Below, one piece after another: positions 13,501 through 23,910 of a DNA stretch of 64,000 nucleotides (the stretch's first letter is position 1; every line of letters begins with the position of its first letter). Position numbers and translations under genes: made by a program. Origin of the DNA: Macrostomum lignano (Eukaryota). The notes beneath the pieces are model-generated. The model was not told the DNA's origin. It did no database searches and was given only the letters and a program-made list of their open reading frames with translations. The stretch is from positions 1 to 64,000 of the forward strand of contig NIVC01000609.1 in NCBI GenBank assembly GCA_002269645.1, read 5' to 3'.

Positions 13501-16180
13501 ACTAAAATGGCATCTCTAAACAGACATGGCATCTCTCCACGACTCCACACTGAAATGGCACTCTCCACACTGAAGTGGAATCTTTCCAAACTGAAATGCC
13601 ATCTCTAAACAGACATGGCACCTCTCCACACTGAAATGGCATCTCTAAACAGACATGGCATCTCTCCACACTAAAATGGCATCTCTAAACAGACATGGCA
13701 TCTCTCCACGACTCCACACTGAAATGGCACTCTCCACACTGAAGTGGAATCTTTCCAAACTGAAATGCCATCTCTAAACAGACATGGCACCTCTCCACAC
13801 TGAAATGGCATCTCTAAACAGACATGGCATCTCTCCACACTAAAATGGCATCTCTAAACAGACATGGCATCTCTCCACACTGAAGTGGAATCTCTCCACA
13901 TTGAAATGCCATCTCTAAACAGACATGGCACCTCTCCACACTGAAGTGGAATCTCTCCACATTGAAATGAATGAAATGAATGAATGAATGAATGAAAATG
14001 AAATGAATCTCTCCACACTGAAGTGGCATCTCTCTACACTGAAGCGGCATCTCTCCACACTGAAATGGAATCTTTCCAAACTGAAATGCCATCTCTAAAC
14101 AGACATGGCACCTCTCCACACTAAAATGGCATCTCTAAACAGACATGGCATCTCTCCACACTGAAGTGGAATCTCTCCACATTGAAATGCCATCTCTAAA
14201 CAGACATGGCATCTCTCCACACTGAAGTGGAATCTCTCCACATAGAAATGCTATCTCTAAACAGACATGGCATCTCTCCACACTGAAGTGGAATCTCTCC
14301 ACATAGAAATGCTATCTCTAAACAGACATGGCACCTCTCCACACTGAAGTGGAATCTCTCCACATTGAAATGAATGAAATGAATGAATGAATGAATGAAA
14401 ATGAAATGAATCTCTCCACACTGAAGTGGCATCTCTCTACACTGAAGCGGCATCTCTCCACACTGAAATGGAATCTTTCCAAACTGAAATGCCATCTCTA
14501 AACAGACATGGCACCTCTCCACAGAGAAATGCCATCCCTAAACAGACATGGCATCTCTCCACACTGAAGTGGAATCTCTCCACATTGAAATGCCATCTCA
14601 AAACAGACATGGCATCTCTCCACACTGAAGCGGCATCTCTCCACACTGAAATGGAATCTTTCCAAACTGAAATGCCATCTCTAAACAGACATGGCATCTC
14701 TCCACACTGAAGTGGAATCTCTCCACATTGAAATGCCATCTCTAAACAGACATGGCATCTCTCCACACTGAAGTGGCATCTCTCCACACTGAAATTGAAT
14801 CTTTCCAAACTGAAATGCCATCTCTAAACAGACATGGCACCTCTCCACATTGAAATGCCATCTCTAAACAGACATGGCATCTCTCCACACTGAAGTGGAA
14901 TCTCTCCACACTGAAGTGGAATCTCTCCACATTGAAATGCCATCTCTAAACAGACATGGCACCTCTACATACTGAAATGACATCTCTCCACACTGAAATG
15001 GAATCTCTCCACACTGAAATGGCATCTCTCCACACTGAAATGGAATCTCTCCACACTGAAATGGAATCTCTCCACACTGAAATGGAATCTCTCCACACTG
15101 AAATGGCATCTCTCCACACTGAAATGGCATTTCTCCACACTGAAATGGAATCTCTCCACACTGAAATGGCATCTCTCCACACTGAAATGGAATCTCTCCA
15201 CAGTGAAATGGCATCTCTCCACACTGAAATGGAATCTCTCCACACTGAAATGGCATCTCTCCACACTGAAATGGAATCTCTCCACACTGAAATGGAATCT
15301 CCACACTGAAATGGAATCTCTCCACACTGAAATGGCATCTCTCCACACTGAAATGGCATTTCTCCACACTGAAATGGAATCTCTCCACACTGAAATGGCA
15401 TCTCTCCACACTGAAATGGCATCTCTCCACACTGAAATGGAATCTCTCCACACTGAAATGGAATCTCTCCACACTGAAATGGCATCTCTTCAAACCTGAA
15501 TAGCTGAAAACAATCAATACAGACACATCGAAGCAGCCTAGATATAGATTCAAGTGCTTGAACGGTTTGGATTGCAAGGAACGAACCTGTTCAGCCGCTA
15601 GCAGAGCTTCAACAAGCGACGAGCCTTGCTGTGCAGCCACAGACGGATATTGTTGAATAGCGTAGAGCAATAGGCCAGCCTGCTCTAGGGCGCTGCCAAC
15701 TGATTGGCCATATTTCAGCAACAGCTCGCATTGCAGCCGGCCGGGCAGGCGGCCAAACAGTGCGGTTGAGGCGGCATCTCCATCAGCTTTAGTCACGCCT
15801 TCCAGTACTCGGCTGAGCTCCTGATAAAACAGCGCCTCGTTGGGATTTTCGGCGTACATTTGCATGAAAGCGGCCGCCGCCGCGTCCCAATCGGCTTCAT
15901 CTCTGGCTAACTGATAGGCCCAGCGGCGAACTTTGAAACTGTCTCGCCAAAGGCATTTAGCCAGTGCCAGATGACACCTGGCTAGCTGATAATCACCTTG
16001 GCTAGAGCGGGTTTCAATTGCTGAGCAGACGAAATCAACATCAGCTTCTAAGCGTTTCGATGCCGGCACTAATGGAGGCGGCTCGGTGGAACCTGATGAA
16101 GACGATGGGGCAGAGGCTGGAGCCGAGGAACCAGACGATGGCGGTGCAGCTTTGCGCTTTAGCTTGTTTGATGACGACAT
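10541..16180 (-). CDS. INTS10: Integrator complex subunit 10, about 709 aa
   Basis: Exons 16180-15587, 13203-12847, 12278-11736, 11176-10541, all phase 0 with GT-AG. LFGRLPGRLQCELLLK, QQGSSLVEALLAAE, HRKCLVVDVLPVLL, IGHCLVLLQRDWP and QMDRCHDNLAELLYRFVRAE match human INTS10 (LFETLPGRVQCEMLLK, GEALLEAE, FRKLFVCDVLPLII, LGHVIVLLQQEWP). The summed length is almost identical to human INTS10. Confidence 0.92.
11380..11670 (-). mobile_element. tRNA-derived CORE-like SINE in INTS10 intron 3
   Basis: Reverse complement: tRNA head with A/B boxes, then tgtgtccttgagcaagacacttaactc...ctgtaaaatggg, which resembles the MIR/CORE consensus tgaccttgggcaagtcacttaacctc...ctgtaaaatggg. Confidence 0.85.
12378..12755. 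repeat. Minisatellite, 20 nt, cacctagcgataacaaatgg (INTS10 intron 2)
   Basis: Tandem copies. Confidence 0.93.
13320..15492. repeat. Minisatellite, 21 nt, atctctccacactgaaatggc, with higher-order blocks (INTS10 intron 1)
   Basis: Tandem copies with interspersed tctaaacagac variants and a duplicated (tgaa)n insert. Confidence 0.95.
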
Positions 16181-17190
16181 TCCAAAGGAAAATAAATACA
16201 ATGGCTGCACTGAAAATGTTTCATTATTTGAGTTTATGCTCAATTATATTTTTTGTGCTTTTGTGAATTATTTACATCATTGTTAAGTCGATGGCCTGAG
16301 TGGGTAGCTTTATAAAGCTATTGATAAAGTTCCTAATAAAGCTGTTGATGAAGAGCTGCCAATAAAGCTGTTAATGAAACAGCTGATATTGCTAACACTA
16401 ATAAACTTGCATTAGCCTAAGACAGCTATTTACCTTTATTATAGATAATAAAAGCTGCAATATAAAATGTAACATGTCAAGTATTTCTCTAAATTCATTG
16501 TGTTCATTGCAATTTCCATTGAACATAGGCTATATTTAGGAAAATCTAGGCCTTTAAGCTAACAAAGCAACAAAGCAGCTAATAGCCCTATTGCAGCCAG
16601 AGTTTGAATTGCTCTAGATGCCCCATGTAACAATCTTATTCTATATTTACCTGCAAAGCATTTGGCTTTTAGGTCATATTTTTAAAAAAGTTATTACTAG
16701 TTAGCTTATTGAAAAAGATTTTTGGTAACAACTACTTCAATGACAAGGTTTAGACTAGTTAGTAATAGCCTCAATCAAATCAGTGATATTGCTATAAATT
16801 ATAAGACTTACTTAAGTAAATACAACTTATACATAAATAAGAATATATATATAGAAAGACTACATAGAAAGTATGTATCCCTCTACTTAAGTGCACATAT
16901 CTCTTAAAATCCAAATCCAAATCAATCCTGGTTTAAGTCATTTTAAAGAAGAGGCATGCTGCTTTCAAACGATACCAAACTTATGTCAATGCAACTTACC
17001 AAACGTTTGCTACAAGTAAAAGTAACACTACTTACTTTCCAGACACCTCTTATAGATTGTCTATTGCTGCTTTGATTATTACCTGATCAATATATTGCCA
17101 AATTCTCTTATTGCTAGATTGACTAGACTACAATCTAGAAGCTAAAAAAGGTAATATCATTTGAAAAGAATTAGCTAAGCTAGGGGCCTA

Positions 17191-17851
17191 GGTATCCACA
17201 TTTTGGTGCTTGTGCTTTTTGGTGCCTAGTGTTTAAGTACCCCAGCTTGCTTTTTAGTGCCTAAATTATAATTTAGAATTGGACACAAAAATATAGACAG
17301 TGAGCCCTAATTTAGCAATAAGTGCTTTGCTTTTGCAGTACTTATTTACTTTAAAAAACGAAGGTATTATTTAGTTTGTTAACTGACCTGGTATTTTAAT
17401 TAAAAAAATAGTTTTATTTCATTTAATTTTTTCTCTAGTCTTGCATTCAATTCTAAAAAAAAGATATGATTAAAAAAATCAATACTAAAATAGACAAGTT
17501 ATATGGATTTCAATCAAAACTACATGTAGCATTATTAATAGATTTTATCTTTACCTAACTAAGTCTTCATAGCATGCTTGCTAGGTATAGCCTTATATTT
17601 GTATAAATGATATAGCAAATGTGTGCAATTAAATTGATTGGATTTTTTAAAACTAAAAAAACATACTAGTTTATCAAAATAAATACTAATCTTATTAAAA
17701 ATATTAAACATTTAAAAAATTATTCATTATGTTTGTTATAGGATTTTTTATTATTATCATTTTTGCATTATAGATAAAGATGCTGAAAAGCAATCTGAGG
17801 CACCAAAATGCAGGGCACCAAAATGCATAGGCACCAAAATGCATAGAAACT
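17191..17851. mobile_element. MITE A (GG-starting TIRs with ggcacc(g/a)aaa subterminal repeats, 8-bp TSD)
   Basis: Ends ggtatccacattttggtgc / gcaccaaaatgcatagaaact. Flanks ggggccta (17183-17190) and agggccta (17852-17859). Homologous to MITE B in the opposite orientation. Confidence 0.75.
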
Positions 17852-17878
17852 AGGGCCTAAGCATAGGGGCCTAATATT

Positions 17879-18681
17879 GGCATACTTTCATTATAGAAGA
17901 CCCAAAAATGCGTGACTTTTATAATGGAAGACCCATGGAAAAGGGGAAGAAATCAATCGAAAAACGAGCATTCACTAACAAAATGAAAGCGTAGCAAAAG
18001 TTAATTCCACACAAAGTTGATGCTTTAATTGACAGTGCTTAATTTCACACAAAGTTGTTATACTGTAATTGCAAGCGTTTATTCCACCAATCTCATACCC
18101 AGCCTGGCACCCTCCCTCACCTTCAAAAAAGAAGACCCAACTCATTTCACCTAAGTATTTACAACACTGAGGTCTTGCATTACGAAAGTAAGAGACCTTA
18201 ATGTTAAACTTACTTCTGCAGAATTTCCAACAGGTAACCGACAATGAACATCGTGATGTCCATTGGGTGCAGCTTCGACCTCTCTTAAAAGCTTCTATAT
18301 CCCCTACTTTTGTTTCAGAAGACCTTTAATGGATGCTTAACATTGTCAGTCTTTTAAAACGAAACTGTATATATCATAGAAAATGTACCCAAGGCCGACA
18401 CAGGAAAACAAACCCTACGTTTCTGCAGCTTTTGTTGCTGCCACCCCTACTACCTTCATTTTGGAAGACCTTCAATGAAATAGTAGCTTGACAGTCTTCT
18501 AAAACGAAACTGTAATATAAACTGTAATAAAGGACACACAAAGCCATTAAGAATAAACAAACAAAATAATAGACAACAATATATATATAAGTAGCTTCTT
18601 ATGTATTAGGCGGGTCTTCTTTTTTGAAACTGCCAGCTTCCTATTTAATACATAGAGGGTCTTCTAAAACAAAAGAATGCC
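17879..18681. mobile_element. MITE C, non-autonomous DNA transposon with perfect 8-bp TSD
   Basis: TIR ggcatactttcattatagaagaccc versus reverse complement ggcattcttttgttttagaagaccc (21/25). TSD ctaatatt at 17871-17878 and 18682-18689. Internal gaagacc repeats. Confidence 0.8.
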
Positions 18682-19725
18682 CTAATATTATAATTGTTTG
18701 TTATTTTGTTTTTAGTAAATTTAGATTTTTAAGCAAAACTTTTATAGGCCTATTATAGGCCTACCTATACTTAAAAATGTTTGGCTTATATTAAATACTA
18801 GGCCTAGCTACCTAGAGGGGGCTTATCCTGACTCCCGTTGAGTCCTACTCCTAATCATAAATAAGGATTATATGCTGATTTCTAGCTAGACTATAGCCTA
18901 GGATTTCAAGTTACTTTTTCTTTTGTAATGTTTCAATTTCAAAACAAAAACATTATCATTAGGGCCACTAACATCAAAATCAGCACAATAATATTGTAAG
19001 ACAAGTAAGTGCAAATTCATATGTCCTTAAATCAAATGACAAATGCCAATCTGTTATCTGGGATGAAACTTCTCCAAAGAGCATAGAAAATCTGCATAAA
19101 ATTCAAGCACCCACATATAGACCGGTAGACCCTAGTTGTAATTGTAATCAGCTGTTGTTTTGCAGGTAAAAACGTCTAATTTAAATTGGGAATTGCCTAA
19201 TTGACTAGGCCTAACGACAATGGAAAGGAAATGAAAAGTTTCAATGTCTACAAACATATTGTATTTATTTAAACATTGATAACAATCGATATTATTGTCC
19301 TGATTGTGAAAACACTAAATCGTATTCAATTTGAAACTGGACATTTCACATCAGAAATTTTTTAATATCATATTTGACAGTTATTAAAGACGATATTGTT
19401 ATTTAATCGCATTTCTTTTTAGTCGCACGCGCACGTACGATCGGAGGGAATTCCGAGGGAGGACTGAACAGTTGATTCCGATTTCATGCGGAATTTAAAA
19501 ATGTTTTTATTTTAAAACTGACATTAAACAAAGCTGCTTATAACAGCTCATTCGTTAAGAAGATTTTACGACTTTATTGTTGCTTAGTGAATTTTATCGA
19601 CTTTTTCACACAACGCAATATTTTTCTCAAGTATGTTTTCCTGTGAATAATACTCCTTGCTTTCTTAGAATGGGTCACTAATTTGAGGGGACGAGGCGTT
19701 GTTGGCATCGAAGGCATGCAATGAC

Positions 19726-20003
19726 TAGAGCTCGGCACCGTACCGGAACCTGTTTTCTAACGGCTATGGATCCGGCAGTGCATTATAATATAGACAGAAC
19801 ATTATAATTTTCTTTCTACAGGTATTGATATTGAGATTTTGTTCTAAATAAGATTCAAGACGATATGATAAGATTCGAAACAACAAGATGCTTCTAATGT
19901 TCAGACTTGTTAAGATATGTTCTTAGTAGTGTTTTGGTATGCTTTTATACGGCACTGCCGGATCCATAGCTGTTAGAAAACGGGTCCCGGTGCCGAAACT
20001 CTA
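19726..20003. mobile_element. MITE D, hAT-like (TAG-starting TIR, about 50 bp)
   Basis: tagagctcggcacc...ttttctaacggctatggatccggcagtgc mirrored by gcactgccggatccatagctgttagaaaa...ggtgccgaaactcta. Flanks gcaatgac / gccattac (6/8). Confidence 0.7.
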
Positions 20004-20422
20004 GCCATTACCAGCATCGAAACTCAACTCTGTTGCTAAGTCCCCAAATCCATGCAGGAACTTAGAGCTCCACTTTGAGAGTGATGAAAGAATTCATCTC
20101 AACTTTAGCCCCTACCACCCAACCACAATGTGAACATAGCATTGACCATCTATGTTGATGCTTGAGTCCTAAATTCCAGGGACTTAATTAATTGAGATTT
20201 AATTAAAAAAAGTACTCACTTTGAAACTGGCAATATTCATTTATTTGAACTAGGCTACTACCCTAACTATATCAAAGCAATAGCTCAAAATATGATATCC
20301 AAAACTTTCCATTTAGGCCTAGTAGAATAATAAACTTTCTATTGTTCTCTGTTGGTAAAACTTTATTAAAATTTTGTAAAATAGTTAAATGTGTAAAACT
20401 AGAGGATAGCCACATTTCTCTA

Positions 20423-21297
20423 GGTTTCCATGCATTTCGGTGCCTGTGCTTTTTGGTGCCTGGCATTTCGGTGCCCTAGATTGCCTTTCGGTGCCCCAGT
20501 TTATATTATGCCAAAATGGTGATAATAAAAAAGAAATCCTATAACAAATATAATATAAACTTTACAAAACGTTTGATATTTTTAATAAAAGCAAAAATAA
20601 TTTTGTGAAACTGGCACGTTTCTTTAAATTGGAAAAATCCGTTCAATTTAATTGCATACATTTGCTGTATTCTGAATTCTGTATATATAATATAAGCTGG
20701 CTGCACTCAGCAAGCATGCTAGTGCTATGAAGACTTAGTTAGGAAAGTTAAAATCTATCAACAATGCTATATATAGTTTTGATTAAAATTATGAAATGTG
20801 ACAAGTGACAATGTGAAATATATGTATTTTAATTAGTATTGATTTTTTGAATCACCCGATCATGTTTTATTTCATAAAACTGCCTAGGAAATGAAGCAAG
20901 TATTATTTAATGAACTGAAATCTTTTTGGGCATAAATATTGGACCATATTCTATAAGATTTTATTATAAGCGCATTTGGGGCATTAGTTTAAAATTTTGA
21001 CGCAGCTGAGACGCGCGGCTATAGTGACATGGAAGTAAATTGAATCGAGTCAACTGGCCTAATCGAAAACCATTTTTTGAATTCATTAAAACAGCAGGTC
21101 AGCCATTTAACTAAATGAATAATACCTTCTTTTTAAAGTAAATAAGTACTGCAAAGACAAAGCACTTATTGCTAAATTAGAGCTCAATCTCTATATTTTG
21201 TGTCCAATTCTAATATATAATTTGGGCACCAAAAAGCAAGCTGGGGCACTGAAATGATCGGCACCGAAAAGCACAGGCACCGAAAAGCGTGGATACC
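20423..21297. mobile_element. MITE B, same family as MITE A, inverted relative to it
   Basis: Ends ggtttccatgcatttcggtgcc / ggcaccgaaaagcgtggatacc. Flanks tttctcta (20415-20422) and tttctgta (21298-21305). Confidence 0.8.
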
Positions 21298-23274
21298 TTT
21301 CTGTATCTATATACTTTGCCTATATCTATATACTTTGTATCTATATCTATATTATCTATATATCCATAGGCCTAGCTATAGCAAAACTCTAGCCTACAGG
21401 GTCCTTGTAGCTTTTAGTAGGGCCTAGGCCTAGCTTAGGGCAACAAGCCTTTGACTAGATGATATGGCTAGTCAATTAAAGTTTTTGCCCATGTAATAGT
21501 TCAGAAGGCTATATCATGCATGTCTTTACATAGAATAGGCCTTTACATAGGCCTTTGCATGCCTTTACATAGTGCATAGAACAATAAGTGGCCTATGCCA
21601 ATCCTTATTGTCATTTCAATCTTTGGCATAAGGCTGCCAAGGTATAAGAACCATTGGCAATCAAGTAAACATGATTATGTCTTAGGCAATATCTCAGTAA
21701 TTGATCTCAGTAGGTAGGTCAGACCCAGAGGTCACCATGAAGACTACTTTTTTCTACATATTTAGCTTAAGGCCAACTTGTGATGTTGCTGCCATTAGCT
21801 TAGGCTATCCAGTAGCTACTAGGTATCTTTAGCTATCAGTGATAGTAATACAAGGCTTTACTTCTTTTGGTGCTATCAACTTATGCATCTTCTTAGCAAG
21901 AAGCCATTATCTAGGTAGGCAAGCTAGTCCTCAATAGGCCAAGCACAAACAAGAAAGATACTACAGTATCACCCTGTAGCACACCTAATGACATTCTTAA
22001 TTGGTCTAATAATCTATTTGATATCATCACTAAAGTGGTTATATCCTAGTGCATTGCCATGATAGTAGAAATAAATTGCTCTGCTATGTTATACATGCAA
22101 AGCATAAGAGGTAGCACACTATAAACAAATAAATTAAAAGCCTTGAAGAAGTAAATGAAGATTATCATGAGACTTGCCAGATAGATGTGCACCTCCTTGA
22201 TGATGCATCAGAGAGCTAGGATCTATATCAATGTAATGCAATATGGGCAGAACCCATTTTACTCAAGGCATAGAAACTAGTCTAGCAAAGGCTACAACTA
22301 AGCTAATAGCACATGGTTGAACAGCTTTGCTGCATAGAACATAGTTGAGATCCCCCTGTGCTCCTCCTGTTATGTCATGCTTGGCTTCTTTGGAATCACA
22401 ATGATATGTATAGTTGTCCACTTATGAGATGTGGCACCTCCAGAGAGGACATTCAAATAGTACACCCGGTGGAATCACAGTTAGGAACACCCGTGAAGGT
22501 ATTCTAGATTTACTCTAGTTTTAAGTCGTAAACAGTTCACCTTTCCAAAGTAATTCGGTCTTCATAACTATATAAATGTTAAAATATCAACTGATATTCT
22601 TATCATATTTTTTTATTAAAGTTTACAAGATATAAAAACAATATTTTTAAACGATTGTTCCAATTTTTATTTGGACAACTTAAATATCCAGACATTCGAA
22701 TATATTTTACATTTCCCTTAATAAAATATATCTTACGTAACACAGTTTATTTTAAACAATATAAGAACATTTTTACGTTTAAAGTTCACGACAAAATGGA
22801 TATTAGGGAACTTAAAAAAGGGAACGACACGTTATGATTAAATAAAATAATCGAACCGTCATTGTGACTTATATTATATATCCTAAATCAGGTAATTCGA
22901 AGAAAAATCTAGTCGTTACAAACCGTTTTTAAAATTTTATTGAAAACAAACTTATTGTCTAAATAACTTCAAAACTTGTGAGAAATTTGTTCCCCGGTGA
23001 ATCTTTTCAATATGATACAAAGGGATATCAGAGAAACTGAGATATATTACTGATAGGATAGTAAATCGAACGAACTAATACAAACTTAACAAATTTAAAC
23101 GTTTAGGATTAAAATCTTCTGAAGTTGATTCCCATCGTTTGAAAAAATCCATTTAAATTATTGTAATAGATTAGAATTTAGTCCGTACTAAGACCCCAGT
23201 CGTACTCATCAAATTAATATTAGGACTCTAATGCAATGTCAGATATATTAACTACATTGGAACTGAAAGTCAGT

Positions 23275-23910
23275 TACGACGGTAAATAAGCCGACGTTGA
23301 CAACCGCAACGACGACGACGACGACGAGTCAACCGACGTGGGAGTCGGGTTTCGTAACTTTACGATGTTTTGGCTAAGGCTTCGGTCGTTAAATTGTAAT
23401 CTTCCGACGTCAGGTCTGTTTTAGTCGACGCAGGACGTGAAAGCGTAACTGTTTAGTTGACCTCGGGCAGTAGCGCCGGAGAGGTTAACGACCTTAGACT
23501 TACTGTTTACGCCGTAACGGCTGACAGACATGTGCGGCGTGTCAGCGTAACTTCTGGTACCGAGCACGACGACGTCCTGCCTGCCAACGTTGGAATACCT
23601 CTTAGAAGCTGACCAGTGGAGCGGCGGATGTCGATGGTGATACGGCAGATTTCCGCCGTCATCGGTTCCGTTAGCTTTAAGTTGTAGATTTAGCTCAAAC
23701 TTACTGTCGCCGTTGCTCCCGCCTAACAAACGGTTTCCGCCGAGCCTAGTCCGGCGAAGTCACGACGACAAGTCAAACCGAGGGCACGACCGATAGACGC
23801 AGTGACACCACGAGCCTAAGAAGGAGATATGCTCCGTAGCCCTCGCCGCGTTCTCAGCGAGCCTCAGGCAACCTAACCGGTCGATAGGACAACTATTAGT
23901 GGGCAAAGGC
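23275..23910 (+). CDS. ACVR2: Hidden exon 1 of the ActRII-like receptor (signal peptide, Cys-box ectodomain, TM), in the complemented block
   Basis: Complement translates without stops: MLPFIRLQLLALLLLLLLSWLHPQPKALKCYK...EGCSPDKISCVLH...SNCWNLNDKCGIADCLY...GSCCCRTDGCNL...VLLFSLAPVLAICVTVVLGFFLYTRHRERRK...HPFP, followed by donor gtgaga. Confidence 0.92.

Noticed and set aside
14864-16243. 459-aa ORF as a repeat-tailed INTS10 isoform
   Set aside because: It is exon 1 reading through a good donor (cag|gttcgt at 15586) into the intronic array. There is no evidence for intron retention.
22655-23729. ORF-track entries 22655-22837 (+) and 23421-23729 (-)
   Set aside because: They lie in the complemented block and are chance frames of a non-physical strand reading.
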